Below, piece after piece: positions 38,791 through 49,641 of a stretch of DNA of 64,000 nucleotides. The translations under genes and the position numbers were made by a program. Position 1 is the first letter of the stretch. The number at the start of each line of letters is the position of its first letter. Source of the stretch: an uncultured delta proteobacterium (GTDB lineage: Bacteria > Myxococcota > UBA727 > VGSZ01); assembly GCA_963775425.1 (NCBI GenBank), contig CAVZJB010000013.1, positions 96,001 to 160,000 of the forward strand, in the 5' to 3' direction. The notes under the pieces were generated by a model that had not been told where the DNA came from, ran no database searches, and saw only the letters and a program-made list of their open reading frames with translations.

Positions 38791-41580
38791 TTGGCCAACG
38801 TTCCCGACGAGCTCGTGCGGCTGCACGCGCCCCTGACCTGCTGGCACGAGTCCCTCGCCTCGGCCCGGACCAATCCGCTCGTCGCCCTGTCCACGGAAGG
38901 CGCGTTCATCGCCACCTCGCGCCCGGTGCCCGCCGGGACGCCGCTGTTCCTCGAGCTGACGCTGAGCGCGGAGGCACGCGCCGAGATCGACGCCGTCGCC
39001 GTCGCCGGCAACGGATTTTCGGAGGCCGGGTTCTCCGTGCGCTTCGTCGGCGTCGACGAGCGGACGCGGGACCTCATCGAGCGCGCCGTGCGCCAGTCCC
39101 GGGCGCTCGACCCCTTGCCGGCGCCGGCCCCCCGGCCGCCGCCCCGGGCAGCGACCCCGCCGCCCCGGACCCCCACGCCGCCGCCCCGCGCGCCCACGCC
39201 GCCGCCCCCCGCAGCGACCCCGCCGCCCCGCGCGCCGCCGCCGCCGCCGCCCCGCGCCGCGACCCCGCCGCCCCGCGCCGCGACCCCGCTGCCCCGCGCC
39301 GCGACCCCGCCGCCCCGCACGCCCACGCCGCCGCCGCCCCGCACCGCGACCCCGCCGCCCCGCGCAGCGACCCCGCCCCTCGCAGCGACGCCGCCCCGCG
39401 CAGCGACGCCGCCCCGCGCAGCGACCCCGCCCCTCGCAGCGACCCCGCCCCGCGCCGCGACGCCGCGCGCACCGACGCTGCCGCCGCTCGACGAGACGCA
39501 GCCGTTCACCGTCGCCACGCGGCGGGCCACGACGCCCCCGGCGGCCACGCCGCACGAGACGCGGCCGTTCACCGTGGCGCCGGGGCCGGCCGACGACACC
39601 CACTCGTGGGTGCGCGAAGATCTCGCGCGCGCGGCGCTGCCGTCGCGGGCGACGCCGCCGCCGGCGGAGCCGACGTTGCCGGCGACGACGTCGGCTCCGG
39701 CAACGTCGGCGCCGGGAACGTCGGCTCCGGCAACGTCGGCTCCGGCAACGTTGCCGGGGCCGAGGGCGCCGGGGCCGCCGGGGCCGCCGGGGCCGAAGGC
39801 GCCGCTGCCGAAGATCGCGTCGCTCGACGTGCCGGGGGCGCCGCTGCCGGCCATCGAGGAGACCCAGCGGTGGCCCACGGCGAAGGTACGGGTCGCGGGC
39901 GCGCCGCTCGAGATGCCGGTGGGGGATGTCCCGTTTTCGCCGCCCGACGTCGACGAGGACGCGCCCACGGAGGCCGGCGGCCTCGACGCGCTGTTCCCCG
40001 AGGCCGCGGAGGCGCGCTACCCGGAGCCGCGCGTGCCCGGGGGCCTGGAGGCGCCGCCGTCGCTGTCGTTCGATCCCGCGCCGGGCCTCGAGGTGCGCGA
40101 CGACGGCCCGGCGCTGTCCATCGACGAGGGCACGGGGCTGTCCATGGAGGAGCGCGCGGCGCTGTCGGGGGAGGGCGAGGCCGTCGTCGACGCGGACGAG
40201 GACGGCGGCGTCGACGTCGACATGGACGACAACCCCTTCGGCGCGGCCGGCGGGATCCTCGGCGACGAGGCCGAGCTGCCCGTCGGCGGCGGGCTGTCCT
40301 TCGGCGTCGAGGTCACCGACCCCGGCGGCAGCGCCACCATGGAGGACGTGCCCATCGACAGCCTGGACGAGAGGCCGACGCTCGACGAGCAGGAGCCCCT
40401 CGACATGCTCGAGGTCGAGGAGGTCGAGGAGGTCGAGGAGGTCGAGGAGGTCGAAGGAGAGCGGGCCGAGCACGCGCAGACCGAACGGGCCGCGCAGGCC
40501 GACCCGGCCCCGGGCGGCGGCTGGGCGGCGGAGATCGGCTCCGTGCCGCGGGCGTCGCTGGCGCCGGTCACGGACGAGGGCGCCGTCGCGGTCACCGCGC
40601 GCATGCCGGCGATGGCGGACGTCCCGCTCGTGTCGCGCACGTCCGACGAGGACGAGCCCGTGATGCCGTCGCCGCAGGCGGCGCCGCCGAGGCCCCGCCC
40701 GCCGGGCGCGTTCGAGGCGCCCCCGTCGCAGGACAACCCCTTCGAGCGCAACCCCTTCCTGCGGAGCGACAACCCCTTCGAGCAGGCCACGAAGCCGCCC
40801 CCCGCCGCGCAGCCCGGGAGCCCCCTCAACCCCTTCGCGCCGCTGCCTCCGACAGCGATCCCAAAAGCCGCCCCCGAGCGGGCCAAGACCAACCCCTTCG
40901 CCGCCTCGGCGCCCCCGGACACGGCCAACGCGCCGAGCCCCTTCGCGTCGAGCGCCTTCCCCTCGGCGCCGCCGAACCCGTTCGCGCCCGCCGCCGCGCG
41001 CTCGCCGTTCGACGGGCTCCCGCCGCGGCCGGACACCCCGCCGTCGTCGGCCGCGGCGACGACGTCGCCGGGGTTCAGCCCGCCGCCGGCGGTGACGTCG
41101 CACCAGACGGAGCCCTACCTCACGCTCAAGGGCCTCAAGGACCTGCCGCCCCTGCCCCCGCTGCCGCCGCCGCCGCAGCCGCTCGCGGCGCCGCCGGCGG
41201 TGCAGCGGTCGACAGATCCGTTCCTGCCCGCGTGGAGCACGCCGCCCCCAGACAAGCCGGGCGCCGGCAGCGAAGACCCGGCCGTGGCGGCCGTCTCCGC
41301 GGTCTCCGCGGTGGCCACCATGCTCAACAACGACACCATGCCGTCGCTGCCGCCGAGCGAGGGCGAGACCTACTTCGACGACCTCGCCTTCGGCGCGGCC
41401 GAGCCCGCGGCGGCGAGCGAGGCTGCGTCGTGGGAGGTGCCGCCGCAGCCCGAGGACCAGCTCCCGGTCGTCGTCGGGAAGAACGACGATCTCCCCGTCG
41501 TCGTCGGCAACAACGAGCAGGGCGCCGCCGGCGGCGACGAGCCGCCCGGGTGGATCGTGGGCGAGCCCGCCAAGAAGTGA
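38791..41580 (+). CDS. PilZ-domain protein with a very long disordered Pro-rich/acidic/NPF-repeat tail
   Basis: LSTEGAFIATSRPVPAGTPLFLEL...GFSVRF; (RAATPPP)n; EEV repeats; start uncertain. Confidence 0.75.
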   Translation: MANVPDELVRLHAPLTCWHESLASARTNPLVALSTEGAFIATSRPVPAGTPLFLELTLSAEARAEIDAVAVAGNGFSEAGFSVRFVGVDERTRDLIERAVRQSRALDPLPAPAPRPPPRAATPPPRTPTPPPRAPTPPPPAATPPPRAPPPPPPRAATPPPRAATPLPRAATPPPRTPTPPPPRTATPPPRAATPPLAATPPRAATPPRAATPPLAATPPRAATPRAPTLPPLDETQPFTVATRRATTPPAATPHETRPFTVAPGPADDTHSWVREDLARAALPSRATPPPAEPTLPATTSAPATSAPGTSAPATSAPATLPGPRAPGPPGPPGPKAPLPKIASLDVPGAPLPAIEETQRWPTAKVRVAGAPLEMPVGDVPFSPPDVDEDAPTEAGGLDALFPEAAEARYPEPRVPGGLEAPPSLSFDPAPGLEVRDDGPALSIDEGTGLSMEERAALSGEGEAVVDADEDGGVDVDMDDNPFGAAGGILGDEAELPVGGGLSFGVEVTDPGGSATMEDVPIDSLDERPTLDEQEPLDMLEVEEVEEVEEVEEVEGERAEHAQTERAAQADPAPGGGWAAEIGSVPRASLAPVTDEGAVAVTARMPAMADVPLVSRTSDEDEPVMPSPQAAPPRPRPPGAFEAPPSQDNPFERNPFLRSDNPFEQATKPPPAAQPGSPLNPFAPLPPTAIPKAAPERAKTNPFAASAPPDTANAPSPFASSAFPSAPPNPFAPAAARSPFDGLPPRPDTPPSSAAATTSPGFSPPPAVTSHQTEPYLTLKGLKDLPPLPPLPPPPQPLAAPPAVQRSTDPFLPAWSTPPPDKPGAGSEDPAVAAVSAVSAVATMLNNDTMPSLPPSEGETYFDDLAFGAAEPAAASEAASWEVPPQPEDQLPVVVGKNDDLPVVVGNNEQGAAGGDEPPGWIVGEPAKK
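39130..39475 (+). repeat. Degenerate 18-24 bp tandem repeats encoding (R/L)AATPP(P)
   Basis: Directly visible gcgaccccgccgccccgc units. Confidence 0.85.
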
Positions 41581-41598
41581 CGCGGCGCGGGCGCCCGC

Positions 41599-42330
41599 TT
41601 ATTCGACGGAGCCGATGACCACGAGCGTGGTGCCGGTGACGATGCCGGCGGCGCCCACGACGCCGAGCACGGTGGCGATGACCGTGTCCTGCACCGACGC
41701 GGTCTCGAGGCTCTTCTTGTTCACCAACAGCGCCGCGCGCGTGTTGTCCGAGATGGCTGGGTCCGCGAGGCGCTCGTCGGCGCTCGTGATGCGCCGCCCG
41801 AGGCCGACCAGATCGAGCGCGTACGCGCCCGCGCCGGCGCCGGCGAGCACGCCCACGCCGAGCGACAGCATCATCCACGCGGGGTGGATGGCGGGCGGCG
41901 GCGGCGTGAGCATCGCCTCCTGCCGCTCGATGCGCGCGATGGTGGCCTCGTGGGCGCGGTCGATGCGGATGGGCGCGTCCGCCGAGCCGACGCGGGTGGG
42001 GCCGTTGCCGGCGACGTCGGTGGCCTCGATGTAATAGTCGAAGCCGCTCTTTTGCAGGCCGTCGGGCAGCCGCGCGATGAACAGGCCGCCGGTGCCGCCC
42101 TTGAGCTCGGCCTTCTCCCAGGTGTTGGCGCCGACGGCGCGGTAGATGACGTACGCGGTGCCCACGCCGGTGCCGGGGTCCGAGAGCATCGCGGTGATGA
42201 CCGGGGCGGCGGCGGGGTTGGACGCGGCGGCCGCGAGGTCTTCGATGATGGGAGGCTCGGTGTCCTGCGGCGCCCGGGCGGCGCCGGTGGCGAGGACGAG
42301 GAGGGCGGCGGGGAAGAACGGAACCGTCAT
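41599..42330 (-). CDS. Exported hypothetical protein with Ig-like N-domain and hydrophobic C-terminus
   Basis: Signal peptide; DTEPPII...YVIYR...FDYYIEATDVAGN. Confidence 0.75.
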   Translation of the reverse strand: MTVPFFPAALLVLATGAARAPQDTEPPIIEDLAAAASNPAAAPVITAMLSDPGTGVGTAYVIYRAVGANTWEKAELKGGTGGLFIARLPDGLQKSGFDYYIEATDVAGNGPTRVGSADAPIRIDRAHEATIARIERQEAMLTPPPPAIHPAWMMLSLGVGVLAGAGAGAYALDLVGLGRRITSADERLADPAISDNTRAALLVNKKSLETASVQDTVIATVLGVVGAAGIVTGTTLVVIGSVE

Positions 42331-43646
42331 CCGGCCTCAGCGACGTGCACGCTGTTTCTGATGGAGCCCTTGCCGATGTACATCGCGCGGTCCGCCATGT
42401 CGAGAATCGCCTGCGCGTCGCGCGCGTGCCGGGGGAACGATGCCACGCCGACGCAGACGGTGATGGGCAGCGTCGGCCCCGACGCGAGCTGAAAGCCGTT
42501 GTTGCTGATGGTGGCGCGGATGCGCTCGGCGACGTTCATGGCGATCTGCGTGTCGACGTCGGGCAGGAGCACCGTGAACTCGTCGCCGCCGTAGCGCGCG
42601 ACGACGTCGCCCTCGCGGACACAGCGCATGAGCACCTGCGCGACGTCCACGAGCAGGCGGCTGCCGGCGACGTGCCCATGGCGATCGTTGACGCCCTTGA
42701 AGTGGTCGACGTCGAGGAAGAGCACCGAGAACGGCAGGTCGCCCTTTTGCGCCAGCGTCGTCACCGACTCCTGGAACGCACGCGCGTTCCACAGGCCGGT
42801 GAGCGAGTCGCGGCGGGCCTCGCGCTCGGCGTCGGCGAAGCGGAGGGTGTTGCGAAACGCCGTCTGGAGCTGACGCGCGAGGAACAGCCCGGTCTCCTCG
42901 CGGCCGGCGTCGAAGGCGGTGGCGGACACGAGGATGGCGGCGCGGTTGTCGTCGAGGTCGAGCACGAGCGCCTCGCCGAAGCGCGCGAGCACCGGGCCGG
43001 CGTCGTGGAGCTTGACGCGGTCGGTGAAGTTCACCGGGCGCGGCAGCCGGGCGAGGGCGTGGCACTCGGCCTCCGACAGGCCGCGCTCGGCGAGCACGTC
43101 CTTCTCGGAGACGAGGGCGCCGCCGTCGGCGCGGGTGAAGGAGCAGAGGGCGTCGAGGCCGTAGGTGCCGAGCTTCTGCCCGTCGAGGGTCTCGAGGATG
43201 CGCTGTCCGGCGGCGAACAAGGCGAGGTCGTGGCGCAGGCGGCCGTTCTCGTTGAGCAGCCGCAGGCGCTCGAGCGCGCGCGCGATGGCGAGGCGCATGC
43301 GGCCCGGCGCGGTGGGCTTGACGAGGAAGTCAGAGGCGCCGCGGTGCAGGGCGTCGACGGCGGTGTCGACGTCGTGCACCTCGGTGACGACGACGACCTC
43401 GGGCGAGGCGCCGCGCGGATCGCGCACGAGGCGCAGCTTGTCGATGAGCTCGACGCCGGGGGACGAGGCCTCGTCGCCGCTCCAGGGGTCGACGACGACG
43501 ACGTCGGGCGCGACCTTGCGCACCGCGGCCACGGCGTCGTCGAGGTTGGGGCGCAGCTCGACGGCGTGGCCGTCTTCGGCGAGGGCGTCGGCGACGTTGG
43601 ACGCGGCGGCGCTGTCGGCGTCGAGGATGAGCACCCTGCCGATCAC
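42327..43646 (-). CDS. Response-regulator diguanylate cyclase (REC-linker-GGDEF)
   Basis: REC domain; DSLTGLWN, DVDHFKGVNDRHGH, REGD I-site, RYGGDEF; start may be further upstream. Confidence 0.92.
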   Translation of the reverse strand: MIGRVLILDADSAAASNVADALAEDGHAVELRPNLDDAVAAVRKVAPDVVVVDPWSGDEASSPGVELIDKLRLVRDPRGASPEVVVVTEVHDVDTAVDALHRGASDFLVKPTAPGRMRLAIARALERLRLLNENGRLRHDLALFAAGQRILETLDGQKLGTYGLDALCSFTRADGGALVSEKDVLAERGLSEAECHALARLPRPVNFTDRVKLHDAGPVLARFGEALVLDLDDNRAAILVSATAFDAGREETGLFLARQLQTAFRNTLRFADAEREARRDSLTGLWNARAFQESVTTLAQKGDLPFSVLFLDVDHFKGVNDRHGHVAGSRLLVDVAQVLMRCVREGDVVARYGGDEFTVLLPDVDTQIAMNVAERIRATISNNGFQLASGPTLPITVCVGVASFPRHARDAQAILDMADRAMYIGKGSIRNSVHVAEAG

Positions 43647-43928
43647 CGACGCGCCGAGCTCGCGGGGCGACGGCCGATGCGACTGCGAGTCCTCGCGCTT
43701 GGCCTTTCCCCGCGGCACGGCCTCGGGCACGCCGACCGGCGTCGCCGGGCGCGGCGGGCGGCTGAACTGGGGGCGCAGGCGTCGATTGGTCACGGCTCCC
43801 CCCGTCCTACGACATGCAGCGTCCCGCTGCCCAATTTCCGCCTCCCGGGCGGTCCCAGCGACCCGCGCGGAGGCGCCGTGGCCGGGATCGGAGCTTGACT
43901 GCGCGTCGCGGTGCGGCACGCTTTGCCC

Positions 43929-44645
<717 letters not shown>

Positions 44646-44689
44646 CGCGTGGCGCGCTGGCACGTCCGCCGCTCGGCGCGCGGCGGGCG

Positions 44690-47659
44690 TCAGAAGCGCC
44701 AGGTGTCGGCGAAGGTGATGCCGCCGCCGGCGATGGCGTTCCAGCCGAGCTGATCGAGGGGCGGCTTCTTGCCGACCAAGAAGATGGTGTCGAAAAAGAC
44801 GAACACCGACGTCGTCGGCGTCACCGGGAGCGCGAGCCGGTGCACGGCCTGTGCGCGCAGCGCGAGGTCGGACTCGAGGTCGTCGCCGTCGGGGATGAAG
44901 TAGCGCGCGTCGACGTCGCTGGTGAAGGCGAGCTTCCACAGCGGCACGAGGATGTGCCACTCGAGGCCCGCGCCGACGTCGTTCCTGACGGGGCCGCCGT
45001 GGTCGAACGCCTCGCTGGCGTCGTGCTGGAGGATGGCGCCGAGGCGCACCTCCTTCACCCAGTTGCCGGGGAACGCCGCGATGCCCGCGGACTCGCGAAA
45101 GAGCCACTGGCGCGGGAGCTCGGTGAAGCCCTTCTGCGGGTCGCTCGCGTCGACGGGGACCTGCGTCGGCGTGATCTCGCTGTCCACCGCGAGCTGCCCG
45201 AACGGCACGATGCGGAAGTCGCCCGCGTCGCCGTGGATGCTGATGGAATTGAGGCGGCCCTCCGTCGACAGCACCGCGTCGTCGACCTGGTCTTGCAACA
45301 GCGAGCCGGGCACGTCGACGAGCAGGATGCTCTCGTAGTGGAGCTTGAGCCGGCTCTCCCAGGCGAACGACGCGCTGTCGTACAGGGACTGCAGCTCCGC
45401 GTGGACGCCGATCTGCGAAAACGCCGGCTGCGCCGCGCGCGCCTCTTTGGTGAGCGCGAACGGTGCGATGTTGTCGCTGCTCCTGCCGCCCGTGCCGTGC
45501 ACGTCGAGCCCGGCGACCGAGAAGCGCCACTCGGGCTCCACCACCGTGGCCTCGTCGTCGAGGAGCGCGCCGATCTTCCGGGCGTCTTGATCGGCGCGCT
45601 CGAGCACCGCGAGCACCGCGGCCGACGCCGCGAGCGCCGCGCCGCTCGGCCCGTCCTCTACGCGCCAGCGCGCGTCGCCGGTGACGGCGAAGCGCTTGTG
45701 CGCCGGCTGCTTGTCGAGGAGCGCGGCGACGTCGCCGCGGGCGGCGCTCTTGGCGTCGAGCGCCACGCGATAGGTCACCGCGGGATCGATCTTCCTGCCG
45801 CCCACCACGCCCCGGGCCGGGTCCACCGCCGACGCGTAGATCCACGACGACGGCGGAAACGACGACGCCTGCCGCGCCACCGCCTGCGCGAGCCGCAAGA
45901 GCACGTCGCCGCGCAGCTCGACCACGATGAGCGCGCCCTTGCCGCTGAGCCAGTCGCGCACGAAGCCGCGTGAGACGGCGGCGTTGCCGAGATCGCTCCT
46001 GCGCGGCGTGGTGGCCGTGAACGCGGCGTCGACGCCGAGCGCCCTGTTGACGGCGTTGGCGGCGAGGCGGTGGAAGAGCGCGTCAGACCAGATGGGCGGG
46101 TCGTCGGGGGCCACGGTGACGAAGCCGCCGCGGTAGGCGATGTCCTGGCCGCGGGCGAGCGCCGCGGCGCCTTTTGCGTGTGCGAGCACGTCGTCGAGCT
46201 TGGGCAACAGCGGGGGCGCGTCGTGGAGCCAGTCGCGCTCCTCGGCGACGCGGAACGGGCGCGCGAAGGCAACGTCGCGCGGGCTCCAGCCGTCCACGGG
46301 CGGCGCCGCGTCTTCGAGCTCGGCGAGGCGCCACGCGCGCGGCGGCTCGCCTCGGGCGGGCTCGAAGCGCGCGGTGACGGTGCGGACGGCGACCGCGTCT
46401 CCGAGCACGGCGAGCATGGGCCCGGGCTCGCGCACGCCTTCGCGCGCGTTTTGGGGGACGGCGCGCGTGACGACGTCGAGGGCGTCGGTGCGGCCCTCGC
46501 CGCCGGCGACGACGACGTCGACGCCGGGGACGCCCGCGAGCTTGGGGAGCAGGTCCCTGGAGGCCGTGATGACGACGACGAGGTCGGGCGGCCTTGGCAA
46601 GAGCATCTCCTTGCCGACGACGTCGTAGGCGGCGGCGATGGGGTCGTCGACGCGCCACGAGGCGCGCAGCTCGGGGGGCGCGCGCTCGAGCGCGGCGGGA
46701 TTGACGAGGCCGATGACGGCGACGCGCACGCCGTCGACGTCGCGCTCGACGACGGCGTCGAAGTCCTTCGCCCCGCGAGCGTCCTTCGCGCCGCCCTTCG
46801 GGGGCGCGGCCGCGAGGTTGGCGGCGGCGACGACGGGGTGGCCGGCCTTCTGGCGCCAGGCGTCGAAGGCGTCGTGCCCGAGGGCGAGGTCGAAGGGCCC
46901 GGGGACGATGACGTCGGGCGCGACGGCCCTGGCGACCGACGCACACGCGTCGGCGCGCGGCACGTAGCCGGCGACGCCGCCGGGCATGACGGTGAGCGCG
47001 CCTTCGCCGGCGCGGGCGCGGGCGTCGTCGAGGGCGACCTTCAAGCGCGCGGGGCCGCCGACGATGAGGACGCAGGTGACGAGGGTGACGGTGCCGCCGG
47101 GGGTGCCGACCTCGTCGAAGCCGACGAAGGCGCGCTCGTAGTCGAGGGGGTCAGTGGAGGCGCTCGACGACAACGTGCCGTCGGGGCGCGGGATCTCGAC
47201 GACGAGGACGCTCGCGCTTCCCTTCTTTTCGCGCACGAGGCGCACCTCGGTCTCCTCGATGTCGGGGCTGCGCCCGCGGGCGGCGCCCTCTTCGGCGAGG
47301 TGGTGCAGGTAGCCCTCGGGGGCGCCGGGCAGCGCGAAGGTGAGCTCCTCGGGCGTGCGCAGCGCGGGCAGGTGCGCGGCGACGACGGTGCGCTCGACGC
47401 CGGCGGCGGCGACGACGCGCGCGGGGGCGGTGGTGTCGAGCGCTTCGGGGTCGGGCACGACGATGCGCTCGTCGTCGGCGAGGCCGGCGGGGCCGAGGGC
47501 GCGGGTGGAGACCTTGTTGCCCGTGCGCTTGGCGTCCTGATACGCGATGGAGCCGACGCGCGAGCTGGCGCGGAACGTCGCGAGGCAGGGCGGCGCGACG
47601 ACGACGCGCACGTCGGTGGACGAGGAGACGAGGAGAGCAAAGCTGAGGGCGGCGATCAC
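44690..47659 (-). CDS. Degenerate 5'-nucleotidase-like protein fused to a putative outer-membrane beta-barrel
   Basis: VAAANL, DVDGVRVAVIGL, PGVDVVVAG, LIVVELRGDVL, IDPAVTYRVA; alternating beta strands ending in WRF. Confidence 0.65.
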   Translation of the reverse strand: MIAALSFALLVSSSTDVRVVVAPPCLATFRASSRVGSIAYQDAKRTGNKVSTRALGPAGLADDERIVVPDPEALDTTAPARVVAAAGVERTVVAAHLPALRTPEELTFALPGAPEGYLHHLAEEGAARGRSPDIEETEVRLVREKKGSASVLVVEIPRPDGTLSSSASTDPLDYERAFVGFDEVGTPGGTVTLVTCVLIVGGPARLKVALDDARARAGEGALTVMPGGVAGYVPRADACASVARAVAPDVIVPGPFDLALGHDAFDAWRQKAGHPVVAAANLAAAPPKGGAKDARGAKDFDAVVERDVDGVRVAVIGLVNPAALERAPPELRASWRVDDPIAAAYDVVGKEMLLPRPPDLVVVITASRDLLPKLAGVPGVDVVVAGGEGRTDALDVVTRAVPQNAREGVREPGPMLAVLGDAVAVRTVTARFEPARGEPPRAWRLAELEDAAPPVDGWSPRDVAFARPFRVAEERDWLHDAPPLLPKLDDVLAHAKGAAALARGQDIAYRGGFVTVAPDDPPIWSDALFHRLAANAVNRALGVDAAFTATTPRRSDLGNAAVSRGFVRDWLSGKGALIVVELRGDVLLRLAQAVARQASSFPPSSWIYASAVDPARGVVGGRKIDPAVTYRVALDAKSAARGDVAALLDKQPAHKRFAVTGDARWRVEDGPSGAALAASAAVLAVLERADQDARKIGALLDDEATVVEPEWRFSVAGLDVHGTGGRSSDNIAPFALTKEARAAQPAFSQIGVHAELQSLYDSASFAWESRLKLHYESILLVDVPGSLLQDQVDDAVLSTEGRLNSISIHGDAGDFRIVPFGQLAVDSEITPTQVPVDASDPQKGFTELPRQWLFRESAGIAAFPGNWVKEVRLGAILQHDASEAFDHGGPVRNDVGAGLEWHILVPLWKLAFTSDVDARYFIPDGDDLESDLALRAQAVHRLALPVTPTTSVFVFFDTIFLVGKKPPLDQLGWNAIAGGGITFADTWRF

Positions 47660-47702
47660 GCCGGCACCCTAGCGCAGCCCCCCTCCGCGCGAACAAAGGG
47701 TG

Positions 47703-48836
47703 TCAGCGCGCGTCGTCCCAGTGTGGGTAGTCGCTCTTCAGCTTGTGCAGACCGAAGTGGCGCTCGACCCAATGAAAGACCTGCGGGCTCAGGCTGAGGT
47801 CGCGGCTCTCGTCGGGGTCCGACAGATCGAAGGTGCGCTTTGCGCCGTCGGGCGCCTCGAGGGTGAGGCGGCGCGGCAGGTTCACGGCGATGAGGTCCAC
47901 GGCGAAGCCGCCGTAGTGGTGCGAGCGGCGCGCGCCGTTCTTGCTCGCGTACACGACGTTGTACGCCTCCGCCATCATGCGCGCGGCGTCGCGCGTGGCG
48001 GTCCAGCCCCCGGCCGTGCGCCAGCGGATGGGCACGTGCAGCCGCCAGCGGCGGTTCATCCTGTCGAGCATGCGCACGCGCGCCTTGACCTCGGCGGGCG
48101 ACGTGGCGCGGCTCAGCATATACGCGCCCCACATGAGGTAGCCCCGCGCCCGCGCGCGCACGGTGGCGTCGAGGCAGACGTCGGCGCCCTGCGCGCGCAG
48201 TTGGCCCATCAGCGCGCGGACGCGCGCGTCGAGGTCGTTGTTCGGCCGGGCCTCCTTGAGCGCGACCAGCAGCGCGTCCTCGTCGTCGGGGCTCGCGTAG
48301 CGCACCGTCCAGGCGGGACCGAGCGGCGCGCCGTCGGCCGGCGCTTGGTAGACCGCCGGCTGCGGCGGCGGATCCACCGGCATCTTCCCGGGCGGGTCGC
48401 CGTAGCGCCGCGGACGGTTCCGGAACACGTCGTCGGGGTGCAGGAAGATGCCGAAGCTGCGCGCGCGGTCGGGCGTGAGCACCACGGGCTTGCCCCGCGC
48501 GCCGGCTGCGCCGGCGACGAGGACGTCGTCGAGGAAGTAGATGAAGTCCTCGAGGTCCACGGGGCGCCCGAGCTGCTCGCGCGCGGCGCGCAGCAGCGGC
48601 TCTTGTTCGGGGGTGGCCGCGAGCCTCGCGAGCGCGGCGCCGTCGACGGCGACGCCGGCGACGTCGAGGGTCCAGTCACCGAGCGCGCGCCCCGCCGCCG
48701 CGAGCTGCGCGCGCGCGTCGCCCTGCGCGGGGAGCACCTCGAGCGCGCGATCGGTGTCGATGAGGCCGATGCGGCTGTCCGCCGGCGCCGTCGCCAGCGC
48801 GGAGACGAGTGCGCACAGGGCCACCGACGTCATCAT
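47703..48836 (-). CDS. Exported peptidase M15-like (D,D-carboxypeptidase/endolysin fold) protein
   Basis: ATVR, SHHYGGFAVDL (SxHxxGxAxD), DYPHW; signal peptide. Confidence 0.7.
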   Translation of the reverse strand: MMTSVALCALVSALATAPADSRIGLIDTDRALEVLPAQGDARAQLAAAGRALGDWTLDVAGVAVDGAALARLAATPEQEPLLRAAREQLGRPVDLEDFIYFLDDVLVAGAAGARGKPVVLTPDRARSFGIFLHPDDVFRNRPRRYGDPPGKMPVDPPPQPAVYQAPADGAPLGPAWTVRYASPDDEDALLVALKEARPNNDLDARVRALMGQLRAQGADVCLDATVRARARGYLMWGAYMLSRATSPAEVKARVRMLDRMNRRWRLHVPIRWRTAGGWTATRDAARMMAEAYNVVYASKNGARRSHHYGGFAVDLIAVNLPRRLTLEAPDGAKRTFDLSDPDESRDLSLSPQVFHWVERHFGLHKLKSDYPHWDDAR

Positions 48837-49081
48837 CAGCTCTATGGAACCGCACTGCGCCGCCGACGTCAAAAAAGCCGGCTGGACTGCGCGGGAGCGG
48901 CCACATCTCTCCGCCGGGCGACCGATACCGCACGGTCTGGCTCCGTCGTCGACCACGCGAGGCGGCGACAGCGGTCGCACGGTCCTCACGCCTCGGACGG
49001 GCAGCCAACGCGCACGTCCGGGGCCGGTGTGCTAGCCGGGTCGAGCGCGCCGCAGGGGCGCGCGACGAAGGAGGGACGCGA

Positions 49082-49618
49082 ATGCCTCTCGGGTCGACGA
49101 AGAAGACGAGCGCCGCGAAGAAGACCGCGAAGAAGACCGCGAAGAAGACCGCGAAGAAGACCGCGCGCGCGTCCGCCGGCGCGGCGAAGGGCGCCGGGAA
49201 GGCGACGCCGGCGGCGAACGGCGAGCTGAGCGCCACCGAGGAGATCGACGCCCGGCTCAAGGCGTTGGGCGACTGGCGCGGGGCGACGCTCGGGCGCCTG
49301 CGCGCGCTCATCAAGCGGGCCGACCCCGACGTCGTCGAGGAGGTGAAATGGAGAAAGCCGTCGAACTCGATGCGCGGGGTTCCGGTGTGGTCTCACGACG
49401 GCATCATCTGCACCGGTGAGCTCTACAAGGACAAGGTCAAGCTCACCTTCGCCGGGGGCGCCGCGGTCCCCGACCCTGCCGGTCTGTTCAACGCCGGCTT
49501 CGGCGGCAACACGAGGCGCGCCCTGGACGTCTACGAGGGCGACAAGGTCGATGAGAAGGCGTTCGAGGCCCTCGTCCGCGCGGCGGTGGCCGCCAACAAG
49601 ATGAAGCGGCGGAAATAG
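49082..49618 (+). CDS. DUF1801 protein with AKKT repeats
   Basis: DWRGATLGRLRALI, EEVKW, GVPVWSHDGIICTGE, DPAGLFNA. Confidence 0.9.
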   Translation: MPLGSTKKTSAAKKTAKKTAKKTAKKTARASAGAAKGAGKATPAANGELSATEEIDARLKALGDWRGATLGRLRALIKRADPDVVEEVKWRKPSNSMRGVPVWSHDGIICTGELYKDKVKLTFAGGAAVPDPAGLFNAGFGGNTRRALDVYEGDKVDEKAFEALVRAAVAANKMKRRK

Positions 49619-49641
49619 ATCGTCTCCTCGTCGTCGACGCG

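Noticed and set aside
43915-43928. cggcacgctttgc as a sigma54 promoter
   Set aside because: GG-to-GC spacing is 8 rather than 10 nt and it abuts the start codon.
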